A stretch of 32,000 bases of DNA from assembly GCF_025231485.1 (NCBI RefSeq), contig NZ_CP104003.1, positions 3,641,960-3,673,959 on the forward strand. The letters run 5' to 3'. A model generated the notes under the pieces. That model was not told where the DNA came from. It ran no database searches and saw nothing but the letters and a program-made list of their open reading frames with translations. Origin of the DNA: Salinirubellus salinus. GTDB lineage: Archaea; Halobacteriota; Halobacteria; Halobacteriales; Haloarculaceae. Shown one piece after another: positions 22,108 through 30,831 of the stretch; positions within the stretch are counted from its first letter, which is position 1, and each line of letters begins with the position of its first letter. The translations under genes were made by a program, and so were the position numbers.

Positions 22108-23295
22108 ATGACTCACACCACCCGCGTCGGCTTCATCGGTACCGGGCCGGACCCGGACCGTCCGGACACGACCGGCTACGCGATGGCGTACCGCCACGCC
22201 AGCGGCTACGAACGACTCGATGACTGCGAACTCGTCGCCTGTGCCGACATCGTCCCGGAGAACGCCGCCGCGTTCGCCGAAAAGCACGGTATCGACGACG
22301 AGCACGTCTACACCGACTACCGCGAGATGCTCGCCGAGTGCGACCTCGACGTCGTGAGCGTCTGCACGCCGCCGGGGACCCACCACGAACTCGTCCTCGG
22401 GGCGGCCCGGTCGGGGCAGGTCGGCGCCATCCACTGCGAGAAACCGCTCGCGAAGACGCTGCCCGACGCCCGCGAGATGGTCGAGGTCTGCGAGGCCGAG
22501 GGCGTCCAGCTGACCGTCAACCACCAGTACCGCTACGGCAAGCCGTTCGCGAAGGCGAAGACGCTCCTCGACGGCGGCGCTATCGGCGAGTTACGACGGT
22601 TCGAGTTCGGCCACACCACCCTCTACGACACCGGGTCGCACTACTTCGACCTCTGTAACTGGTACAACGACTACGCCGACGTGGAGTGGGTCCTCGCCGG
22701 CCTCGACTACCGCGAGGAGAACCGGATGTTCGGCGCGCACAACGAGAACCAGGGGCTGGCCCAGTGGCGCTACGAGAACGGCGTCTTCGGCCTCGCCTCG
22801 ACGGGGTGGGGCGACGAGTTCGTCGACTGCCTCCTCCGCATCCGCGGCAGCGAGGGCGAGATCGAGATCGGGTCGTCCAGTGGCGACCTGCGCTACCGGA
22901 ACGCCCACACGGACGGCCGCTGGAAGGTCGTCGACACCGACGGTGACACGGTCTGGGGGCCGACCGCCGGCCGCGTCGGGGCCGGCCTGAAACGCGTCCT
23001 CCCGCGCATCGCCGACCGCCTCGTCGCCCGGCTGGAAGGGCCTTCGTTCATCGACCGGGCCATCGAGGGCGTCGTGACGGCGTACCGCGAGGGGCGGACC
23101 CCGGAGCTCGACGCACGGCGGGCGCTGGCCTCGCAGGAACTCGCGTTCGCGGCGTGGGAGTCGGTGCGCCGCCGTGGCCGCGTCGACCTGCCGCTCGACG
23201 TCGAGGACAACCCCCTCGAGGCGATGGTCGAGGCCGGCGAGCTGGACCCGGCGCCCGCCGAAGACCCCGAGACACAGCGGTCGCCATCGAGCTGA
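22108..23295 (+). CDS. Gfo/Idh/MocA-family NAD(P)-dependent oxidoreductase
   Basis: 395 aa. It has an N-terminal Rossmann RVGFIGTG, then VSVCTPPGTHHELV, IHCEKPLA (the EKP motif), and a C-terminal alpha/beta dimerisation domain. Confidence 0.85.
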   Translation: MTHTTRVGFIGTGPDPDRPDTTGYAMAYRHASGYERLDDCELVACADIVPENAAAFAEKHGIDDEHVYTDYREMLAECDLDVVSVCTPPGTHHELVLGAARSGQVGAIHCEKPLAKTLPDAREMVEVCEAEGVQLTVNHQYRYGKPFAKAKTLLDGGAIGELRRFEFGHTTLYDTGSHYFDLCNWYNDYADVEWVLAGLDYREENRMFGAHNENQGLAQWRYENGVFGLASTGWGDEFVDCLLRIRGSEGEIEIGSSSGDLRYRNAHTDGRWKVVDTDGDTVWGPTAGRVGAGLKRVLPRIADRLVARLEGPSFIDRAIEGVVTAYREGRTPELDARRALASQELAFAAWESVRRRGRVDLPLDVEDNPLEAMVEAGELDPAPAEDPETQRSPSS

Positions 23296-23391
23296 GTCGG
23301 GGGTCTTCCCCGTCCCGTCAGTCGTTCGTACAGCGCTGAACAGTCTGGTATTCGGACCATAACTTACTCCTTTGATTGCGTACGCGACGGC

Positions 23392-25050
23392 GTGAACGCT
23401 CCAAACTCGAACGGTGGCGACGACCCCCAAGTGGGAACGCCGTCCGGTGGCACCTCCGACACCGGGTCCGGCGTCGGCCGCCGTGATGTTCTCACTCTCC
23501 TCGGCGCGGTCGGTCTCGGGTCGCTCGCTGGCTGTAACCAGTTGACCGGTGAGAACCCCGCCGTCGACACGCCGAACGGTGGTGGGCCCGAGATCCCCGA
23601 CCTCTCCGACGTGGGGTCGGTCTACGTCGGCGAGCGCGCGAGCGACCTCCCGACGCCCGAGAGGACGCCCGCGGTCGGCATCACCGGCGAGGGGAACTAC
23701 GTCAACGACGGGCGCGACTGGCTCGGCCCCATCGGGATGGGCACGAGCGAGCACCCGGCGAACCCGAGCCACTTCGAGGGCGCCACGGTCCACGGCCAGC
23801 TGGCCGCACAGTCGCTCCTGCTCGACGGCGACGTGTTCGACATCCGGGCCTACGGTGCGGCTGTCGACGGCGAGACAGACGACCTCGAGGCCGTCCAGAC
23901 GGCCCTCGAGAAGGCCGCCGAGGTGGGTGGGACCGTCCTCGTGCCGAAGGGGACGACGGTCATCTCGAACGCCATCGACCTCGGGCCGCGACACTCGGGC
24001 GTGACCCTGCGTGGCGTGGGCTACGACTCGCACGTCCGCCTCGCCGGCGGCCACCGAGACAACCACTACGGCATCCTCGTCGACAGCGAGGGCGGCGACT
24101 CCATCGTCAACCTCACCATCGAGGGGCTACGCCTCGACGGCAACCGCGACAACCAGGTCCGCGAACACGGGCTGGGCATCCAGATCGCCCGCGGCAACGG
24201 CAACGAGGTCGACCGAGGTATCGTCGTCCGGAACGTCTGGTCGCACGACTGGATGCTCGAGGGGCTCGGCGTGCGCCGTGGCGGCGTGATGGTCCGCGAC
24301 GTGCGGGTCTGGAACAACCGCCTGCACGGCATCGGCGTCAACCACGAGAGCGAGGCGACGAACGTCATCAGCGGCGTATACGCCTGGAACAACGGCCTCT
24401 ACGGCATCGACGTGGGCGGGAGCGGTCGGAACATCGTCACCGACTTCGTCCTCGTCAACAACGGCTGGGGGTTCAAGACCGGGGGTGGGAAGCCGGACAT
24501 GACCATCTTCGCCAACGGGTCGGCCGTCGGCAACAAGCACTTCGGCTTCCAGATGACCGACGACGTCGGTGTCCTCGTCCTCGACAACATCGAGTGTCGG
24601 GCGAACGGCAACAGCGGTTTCCGATTCGACAAGAGCGGCGTCGTCGTCGCGGGCACGCTCGTCGCCACCGACAACGGCGGCCGCGCCAACGTCCACGTCG
24701 CCGACGGCCAGCTCGACGTCGACACGCTCGTCCTCCAGGATGCCAAGAGCGACGGCCTCGTCGTCGAGGGCGTGGCCAACGTGGGTCGGGTGGTCACCTC
24801 CGGCAACGGCGGCGTCGACGTCCGGGTGCCGTCGTGGGGTCGCCTCCACGTCGACCACCTCCGGGACGCCTCCAGGGCCATCGAGGGCACGCTCGTGGAG
24901 GGCCGGGTCGCCAGCACGGCGCTCGGCGGGAGCAGCCCCGACGCCCGCCAGTACGAGACGGGCACGTTCGTCCACGACACCGACCGCGACGGCCGGGTGT
25001 GGCTGGTCGTCGACGCCTCGAAACGCGACGGCGTGGTGAAGATGTCGTGA
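23392..25050 (+). CDS. Tat-exported lipoprotein with a right-handed parallel beta-helix (pectate-lyase-3 / GH28-like) domain
   Basis: GTG start at 23392. The Tat motif plus lipobox is GVGRRDVLTLLGAVGLGSLAGC. FDIRAYGAAVDGETDDLEAVQTALEKAAEVGGTVLVPKGTTVIS matches the N-terminal cap typical of the Pectate_lyase_3 family. Repeated about 22-25-aa coils follow (VRNVWSHD..., VRVWNNRLHGIGV, VYAWNNGLYGIDV, FVLVNNGWGFK...). Confidence 0.8.
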   Translation: MNAPNSNGGDDPQVGTPSGGTSDTGSGVGRRDVLTLLGAVGLGSLAGCNQLTGENPAVDTPNGGGPEIPDLSDVGSVYVGERASDLPTPERTPAVGITGEGNYVNDGRDWLGPIGMGTSEHPANPSHFEGATVHGQLAAQSLLLDGDVFDIRAYGAAVDGETDDLEAVQTALEKAAEVGGTVLVPKGTTVISNAIDLGPRHSGVTLRGVGYDSHVRLAGGHRDNHYGILVDSEGGDSIVNLTIEGLRLDGNRDNQVREHGLGIQIARGNGNEVDRGIVVRNVWSHDWMLEGLGVRRGGVMVRDVRVWNNRLHGIGVNHESEATNVISGVYAWNNGLYGIDVGGSGRNIVTDFVLVNNGWGFKTGGGKPDMTIFANGSAVGNKHFGFQMTDDVGVLVLDNIECRANGNSGFRFDKSGVVVAGTLVATDNGGRANVHVADGQLDVDTLVLQDAKSDGLVVEGVANVGRVVTSGNGGVDVRVPSWGRLHVDHLRDASRAIEGTLVEGRVASTALGGSSPDARQYETGTFVHDTDRDGRVWLVVDASKRDGVVKMS

Positions 25051-26135
25051 CCGACGCGACCGGACGGAACGGCGCGAACCACCGCGGCCGGCCGCTGGTG
25101 AGCGTCGTCATCCCGAGCTACGACCGGCCGGCGTTCGTCCGCCGTGCGGTCCAGTGCGTGCTTGACCAGACGTACCCGAACGTGGAGTGCATCGTCGTCG
25201 ACGACCACTCGCCGTACCCGGTCGAACCGATGGTCGCGGACCTCCCGACCCACCGGCTGTCGCGGTTCCGCGTCCTCCGGCACGCGGAGAACCGGGGGGG
25301 AAACGCCGCGCGGAACACCGGTATCGAGGCAGCACGCGGCGAGTTCGTCGCGTTCCTCGACGACGACGACCGCTGGCTCCCCGAGAAACTCGAGAAGCAG
25401 GTCGCCGCCTTCGACCGGGCCGGGCCCGGGGTCGGCGTGGTCTACACCGGGGCGGTGGTGGTCGACGGCGACGACGAGGTGGTGGCGACGTACGTCCGGC
25501 AGGCTCGCGGCGACGTCCTCCCGGCGCTCGTCCGCGGCCTCACCGTCGGGTCGTTCTCGCGGGTGCTGGTGCGTCGCGATGCCATCGAGGCGGCCGGCCT
25601 CCCCGACGAGCGGTTCCCCAACTGGCAGGACCGGGAGTGGTACATCCGCCTCGCCGCGGTCTCCGACTTCGAACCGGTCCCCGAACTGCTGACGGTACAC
25701 ACCGCCGCCGACCACGTCCAGATCACCGACGGGTTCGAGCAGAAACGCGACGTGGCGCTCCCCCTCTTCCTCGAGAAACACCGCGAGACGGCGGCGGCGC
25801 ACGGCACCATCGCCGAGCGACAGTTCGTCTCGGTCCTCCTGTGGTCGACGGCGTGGACGGGGTTCACGAGCGGCCAGCGCTGGGCGGCCGTGAAGATGCT
25901 GCTCCGTTCGCTCCGGGTGTGGCCGCTCTCGACGACGGCGTACCTCCTGCTGGGGCTGGCGCTGGCCGGTCCGCGTGTGTACCAGACGCTCCGGGGGCTG
26001 AAGGGGAACCGGGCGGTCGCCAGGGAGGGGCTGCACCCCGAGATAGAGCGGCTCCCCGACCTGACCACGCCGCCGGAACTGGAGCGCGAGTCCGTGGCGG
26101 CCGACGGGGGGAGCGAGAGCGAGGACGAGGACTGA
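25047..26135 (+). CDS. Family-2 glycosyltransferase
   Basis: Track ORF is 24594..26135. The real start is the GTG at 25047, overlapping the previous stop (GTGA). It has VSVVIPSYDRPAFVRRAVQCVLDQTYPNVECIVVDDHS, ENRGGNAARNTG, and VAFLDDDDRWLPEKL. Two hydrophobic C-terminal segments are followed by an acidic tail. Confidence 0.9.
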   Translation: MTDATGRNGANHRGRPLVSVVIPSYDRPAFVRRAVQCVLDQTYPNVECIVVDDHSPYPVEPMVADLPTHRLSRFRVLRHAENRGGNAARNTGIEAARGEFVAFLDDDDRWLPEKLEKQVAAFDRAGPGVGVVYTGAVVVDGDDEVVATYVRQARGDVLPALVRGLTVGSFSRVLVRRDAIEAAGLPDERFPNWQDREWYIRLAAVSDFEPVPELLTVHTAADHVQITDGFEQKRDVALPLFLEKHRETAAAHGTIAERQFVSVLLWSTAWTGFTSGQRWAAVKMLLRSLRVWPLSTTAYLLLGLALAGPRVYQTLRGLKGNRAVAREGLHPEIERLPDLTTPPELERESVAADGGSESEDED

Positions 26136-26222
26136 CGGACCGCCCCGACTGGAGGGGCCGTGAGGACTGTGCGGAGAGCGCGAACGAGGAGAGGGACCGA
26201 GACGAGACTGACCTACGGAGGA

Positions 26223-27143
26223 CTACGCGTCGCTCTGTTTGTTGCGGCGCCGCTGGAAGTAGCCGGCCATGAGGTTGCCGAGCTGTTCGGTGATGCGGTT
26301 GGCGACGTAGACGAGCCGTCCCTCCCAGCGCCCGCCTGTGTAGGCCCCCTCGGGGAGCGGGAACTCGCTGTAGACGGCGAACGTCTCGGGGTCGCGCTCC
26401 CGCAGGACGCGCTTGGCCCGCTGGTGGCGCGCCTTCTTCTCCAGCACCTCCCAGAAACTGACGGCGTAGTCGTGGTAGACGACCGGGCCGGGGACGTAGC
26501 GTATCTCCTCGCGGTCGGCCACCTCGAGCAGGCGTTTCGTGAGTTCGGCGCCCTCGTGGCCCCAGATGTCCTCGTCGAAGCCGCCCACCTCGAGGTAGGT
26601 CTCGCGGTCCACGCTCGCGTTGGCCTCGTGGTCGAGCAGGTAGGGGAACGACCGCTCGCCGAAGTCGTAGATGGCCTGCAGGCGGTTGTAGACGCTCGCT
26701 GTCTTCACGAACAGGCGACCACGGACGGCGACCACGTCGCGTTCCTCGTGGGCGAGCAGGTGCTCCTCGACGAACGTCTCGGCTGGGATGGCGTCGTGGT
26801 CGAGGAAGACGACGACGTCGCCACGGCCGAGCGCGGCGCCGATGTTGCGGGCGGCGTTCGCGCCGTAGTCGACGGTCATCTCGACGAACCGGCAGGTGAT
26901 ACCCACGTCACGGAGGAGCCGTCGGAGGTCCTCGGAGCGGGTGCTCACCACGACCAGCTCGAACTCGTCGGTGGTCTGTGCTTTCAGGCCCTCGAACGTG
27001 TCCCGGAGGTCGGCCTCGCCGACGGGCGTGTGTGTGACGACGTCGTGGGTGACGACGACGACGGTGGCTTTCGGGTCGGCCGGTTGCTCGCCGAGCCACT
27101 CGTCCGTGCGGAGGCGCGTCTCGTCGAGAACGAATCTATCCAT
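26223..27143 (-). CDS. GT2-like glycosyltransferase, stand-alone paralogue of the N-terminal half of the GT2-CE4 fusion
   Basis: 306 aa. It aligns by eye with fusion residues ~30-290 (VYNRL..YD.G....PYLLD.E.N...DRETYL.VGGF...WGHEG..LT.RLLE..DRE..RY.P.PVVYHDYA). The metal motif is LDHDA instead of LDDDA. Confidence 0.8.
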   Translation of the reverse strand: MDRFVLDETRLRTDEWLGEQPADPKATVVVVTHDVVTHTPVGEADLRDTFEGLKAQTTDEFELVVVSTRSEDLRRLLRDVGITCRFVEMTVDYGANAARNIGAALGRGDVVVFLDHDAIPAETFVEEHLLAHEERDVVAVRGRLFVKTASVYNRLQAIYDFGERSFPYLLDHEANASVDRETYLEVGGFDEDIWGHEGAELTKRLLEVADREEIRYVPGPVVYHDYAVSFWEVLEKKARHQRAKRVLRERDPETFAVYSEFPLPEGAYTGGRWEGRLVYVANRITEQLGNLMAGYFQRRRNKQSDA

Positions 27144-27165
27144 CGTAAGATGAGTCGACGTATCC

Positions 27166-27179
27166 AGTAATAATTATAC
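27166..27179 (-). promoter_or_regulatory. TATA box of the GT2 paralogue (leaderless)
   Basis: The minus strand reads GTATAATTATTACT, 23-36 nt upstream of the ATG at 27143. Confidence 0.5.
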
Positions 27180-27363
27180 GGCGACTATCCGTCCCGTAGG
27201 AGGCTAAACCGGCCGTTTCGCCGTCACCGGGCCACCCCCACCGCCCGAGCCGTCGGCCGCCCCCGACGCCCCCCGACGGGCGAACGGTCGACGCCGTCAC
27301 ACCCCCGGGCGTGGGGGATAGCGGCGGAATAACTTAGTCCGCCAGCCGTGTGTCTCGGGACGG

Positions 27364-28545
27364 ATGTACGCCGTTCTCGCCGCCGCGGTCAATCACCCCA
27401 ACGCCGTCGCGCCGCAGAACTCGCTGTTCAACGAGCGGATCTGTCGGGCGCTGGCCGACACCGGGGCGCTCTCGGACGCGGTGTCCCCCCGGCCGGTGGC
27501 CCCCCCGGTCGGTCCCTTCTCGGAGTACAGTGACCTGCCCCGCGTCGAGCCGTGGGGCCCCTACACGGTCCACCGCCCGTCGTTCTACTACCTCCTGCCC
27601 AAGCGGCTGTTCTACGCGGCCTCGGGCGACAGCTACGCCCGCCGGGTGCCGGCCTACGTCGAGGAACACCTCGAGGTGCCGGACGTGGTCCACGCCTGCC
27701 ACGCCTACATGGACGGCTACGGGATGCTCCCCTACTGCCGCGAGCACGAGGTGCCGCTGTTCTCGGTGGTCCACGGCACCGTCGTCAACGGCTACGAGTC
27801 GCTCCCGCCCGGGGTCGCCCCGAAGGTGAAGGAGACGCTCGAGGCGAGCACGGTCTGCTGCGTGAGCGACGCGCTGAACGAGAAGGTCCGGAGCATCGTC
27901 GACCACGACCGGGTCCACACCGTGGCGCTGGGGGCCGACCCGGCCCGGTTCCCGACCGACCGGCGCGAGGAACTCCGGACCGGGTTCGGCGTCCCCGCGG
28001 ACGCCCCCCTCCTCCTGTTCGTCGGCGCGTACACGGAGGCGAAGGGGGTCGACGACCTGCTGGCGGCGCTCTCCGGCCTCCCCGAGACGGACGGCCCGGA
28101 CCCGTACGTCGCCTTCGTCGGCCACGGCGGCGACCGGCGCGAGCGACTGGAGCGCTGGCTGGCCGACAGCCGGTTCGAGGGCCGCGTGCACTGGAAACTC
28201 GACCCGGAGACGGTGGCCGAGTGGTTCGCCGCGGCGGATCTGCTCGTCCTGCCGAGTCATGGCGAGGGGCGCCCGACCGTCGTCTACGAGGCGATGGCCT
28301 CGGAGACGGCCGTCCTCGCCACGACGGTGGGTGGGATCCCGGAACAGGTGGCCGACCACGAGACGGGTCGGCTGGTCCCACCCCGCGACCCGCGGACGCT
28401 CCGTGACACGCTGGCGGCGATGCTGGCCGACCCCGAGGCGCTCGCAGAGATGGGTCACGAGGGGCGTGCACGGCTCGAACGCGAGGGGTGGACGTGGGCC
28501 GGTCACGCCGCCCGACTCCGAGAACTCCACGAGGCGGTGTTGTGA
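27364..28545 (+). CDS. Family-4 (GT-B, group 1) glycosyltransferase
   Basis: 393 aa. The C-terminal half has LLLFVGAYTEAKGVDDLL, LLVLPSHGEGRPTVVYEAMASETAVLATTVGGIPEQV (the EX7E motif), and TGRLVPPRDP. Confidence 0.85.
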   Translation: MYAVLAAAVNHPNAVAPQNSLFNERICRALADTGALSDAVSPRPVAPPVGPFSEYSDLPRVEPWGPYTVHRPSFYYLLPKRLFYAASGDSYARRVPAYVEEHLEVPDVVHACHAYMDGYGMLPYCREHEVPLFSVVHGTVVNGYESLPPGVAPKVKETLEASTVCCVSDALNEKVRSIVDHDRVHTVALGADPARFPTDRREELRTGFGVPADAPLLLFVGAYTEAKGVDDLLAALSGLPETDGPDPYVAFVGHGGDRRERLERWLADSRFEGRVHWKLDPETVAEWFAAADLLVLPSHGEGRPTVVYEAMASETAVLATTVGGIPEQVADHETGRLVPPRDPRTLRDTLAAMLADPEALAEMGHEGRARLEREGWTWAGHAARLRELHEAVL

Positions 28546-29702
28546 GCGTGCTGCGCGACCGCGAGACGGACCGGGACCGCGCCCCCGAGAGCCTGCCGCG
28601 GGTCCTCGCCGTGACGACGACGTTCCGGGCCGCCGAGGTGACCGGGCCGATGGCGTACGTCCCCGGCGAGACGGTGGTGCTCGACGCCGACGCCTCGGCG
28701 CTCGACCGGGTCGTGGAGGCCGCTCGCGAGACCAGGCGGGCGATACGGCGGACCGACCCGGACGTCCTCCTGCTGAACGGGGCGGGGTTGAGCGGACTCG
28801 TCGTGGCGCTGGTGGCGTGGCGCTACGGCGTCCCGCTGGTCGCCCGGCTCGTGGGTGACCCGGCCGCCGTCTCCGACGCCGAGGGGGTCGCTCGCGCCCA
28901 GCGCCGGGGGCCACTCGCCGTCGCCGTCGAGTACGCCTACGTCTACCTGAGCCGGGCCGTGTTCGCGCTGGCGACGGGGTTCGTCGCCGTCTCCACGGAC
29001 CTCGCGGCGCGGACCCGCGAGCGAACCGGCCTCGCCGCCGACCGGGTCCAGGCGGTACCGGTGCCCCTGAACCGCGACCCGAGTGGCGACCCCGGGTGGG
29101 TCCGTGACTCGTTCGGCGTCGACGACCCGACGGTGGTGCTGACGGTGACGAACCTGGACTTCCGGGGGAAGTACCGCGGCGTCCTCGACACGCTGGCCGG
29201 CCTCGAACCGCTGCTCTCGGCCCGAGACGACCTCGTCTACGTCGTCGCGGGCGACGGCGCGTATCGCGACGACCTCGCGGCAGCCGTCGACGAGCGGTTC
29301 GGTGACTCGCCGGCTCGCGACCGGGTCCACCTGCTCGGCTACGTCGACCGGGTGTTCGACTACGTCGCCGCCGCCGACGTGTTCTGCTACGTCTCGTACA
29401 TCGACGGCTACCCGAACGCCGTCCTCGAGGCCCAGTCGATGGGTCGGCCCGTGGTCGCCAACCCCGCGTTCGGGATGCTCGACATGGTGCGCGACGGCGA
29501 GACGGGCCTGCTCGTCGACCCCGCGGACCCGACGAGCGTCCACGACGCCGTCGCGCGACTGCTCGACGACCCGGCCGAGCGCCGGCGCCTCGGGCGGGCC
29601 GCCCGCCGGCGCGTCGCCGAGGAGAACACCCCCGAGGTGGTGGGCCGGCGCCTCCACGACGCGCTGGGGACCGTCCTCGCGGCCGCCGCGCGCGACCGCT
29701 GA
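28542..29702 (+). CDS. Family-4 (GT-B, group 1) glycosyltransferase
   Basis: Track ORF is 28488..29702. The start GTG at 28542 overlaps the previous stop (GTGA). It has RVLAVTTTF, VVLTVTNLDFRGKYRGV, VFCYVSYIDGYPNAVLEAQSMGRPVVANPAFGMLDMV (E-X7-E-like), and TGLLVDPADP. Confidence 0.8.
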   Translation: MSVLRDRETDRDRAPESLPRVLAVTTTFRAAEVTGPMAYVPGETVVLDADASALDRVVEAARETRRAIRRTDPDVLLLNGAGLSGLVVALVAWRYGVPLVARLVGDPAAVSDAEGVARAQRRGPLAVAVEYAYVYLSRAVFALATGFVAVSTDLAARTRERTGLAADRVQAVPVPLNRDPSGDPGWVRDSFGVDDPTVVLTVTNLDFRGKYRGVLDTLAGLEPLLSARDDLVYVVAGDGAYRDDLAAAVDERFGDSPARDRVHLLGYVDRVFDYVAAADVFCYVSYIDGYPNAVLEAQSMGRPVVANPAFGMLDMVRDGETGLLVDPADPTSVHDAVARLLDDPAERRRLGRAARRRVAEENTPEVVGRRLHDALGTVLAAAARDR

Positions 29703-29746
29703 ACGCCCGCCGGGACGGCCCTCGACCGGGTATCCGGCGACTAACT

Positions 29747-30727
29747 ATGCCTTATTCCCACCATCTCCCGGCAATGCAAGAGAGTATCCAGACGGACGTG
29801 CAGACGACCGAACAGACGTACCTGACCGTCCAGGGGGCCGAGGTGCCGGCGCTCGGCTTCGGTACCTACCACCTCCCCGACGACCAGGTGTACGACGCCG
29901 TCTCCACCGCCCTCGACGTGGGCTACCGCCACATCGACACCGCGATGGGGTACGACAACGAGATCGACGTCGGCCGGGCCATCCGCGACTCCGGCGTCCC
30001 CCGCGAGGACCTCTGGGTCACGACGAAGCTCCTCGGCTACCGCGAGGTCCTGTTCCACGACAACATGATGGACGCGACCCGGAACCGCCTCGAACAGCTC
30101 GACCTCGAGTACCTCGACCTCCTGCTCATCCACTGGTGGGACGGCGCCAGCGACATGGCGACGGTGCTCGAGTACATGAGCGAGCTCGTCGAGGAGGGGC
30201 TCGTCCGCCACATCGGCGTGAGCAACTTCTCGCTGGAGGAGCTCCAGGAGGCGGTCCGGGTCTCCCCGGTCCCGATCTTCACGAACCAGATCGAGTACCA
30301 CGCGTACCTCGACCGCTCGGAGATGCTGGCGTTCTGCCGCGCCAACGACGTGCTCCTCACCGCGTACAGCCCGCTCGGACAGGGGCTGGTCGTGGGCGAC
30401 GCCGTGCTGAGCGAGATCGGGGCGCGCTACGGCAAGACCGCCGCGCAGGTCGCCATCCGCTGGCTGCTCCAGCAGGAGGGCGTCTCGACCATCCCGAGGT
30501 CGGCGAACCCGAAGCATATCCGTGCGAACTTCGACGTGATGGACTTCGAGCTGACCCGCGACGAGATACGCCGCATCGACGAGCTGGAGGGGCCGCTCAT
30601 GTACCGCCTCAACCGCGAGGGTGGCGCCATCTACGAGCTCCGCGGCGCGCTCGGCCCGGTCGTCCCGGACTTCCTCCGCGAGCGCCTCGTCTCCGTCGGC
30701 GGCCGCGTGGCGCGACTCGTCGGCTGA
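29747..30727 (+). CDS. Aldo/keto reductase
   Basis: 326 aa. It has LGFGTY, GYRHIDTAMGYDNE (Asp/Tyr of the catalytic tetrad), VTTKL (Lys), LLLIHWW (His), HIGVSNF, and IPRSANPKHIRANF. An alternative start at ATG 29774 has CTAACTAT about 29 nt upstream. Confidence 0.88.
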   Translation: MPYSHHLPAMQESIQTDVQTTEQTYLTVQGAEVPALGFGTYHLPDDQVYDAVSTALDVGYRHIDTAMGYDNEIDVGRAIRDSGVPREDLWVTTKLLGYREVLFHDNMMDATRNRLEQLDLEYLDLLLIHWWDGASDMATVLEYMSELVEEGLVRHIGVSNFSLEELQEAVRVSPVPIFTNQIEYHAYLDRSEMLAFCRANDVLLTAYSPLGQGLVVGDAVLSEIGARYGKTAAQVAIRWLLQQEGVSTIPRSANPKHIRANFDVMDFELTRDEIRRIDELEGPLMYRLNREGGAIYELRGALGPVVPDFLRERLVSVGGRVARLVG

Positions 30728-30831
30728 CGGCGCCGCCGCTCCCCGTCGCGTGTCACACGTCGCGCCGAGAGAACCCCGCCCCCCACCGTGGTGCATCCGC
30801 CACCGCCCCCCGCCGCCGATTCGACCCGACG

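Noticed and set aside
27225-27285. C-run-rich (minus-strand G-run) 60-nt tract in the 220-bp spacer between the GT2 paralogue and the first GT4; possible G-quadruplex
   Set aside because: One loop would be about 13 nt. Such G/C runs are expected by chance at this base composition, and nothing else marks it as functional.
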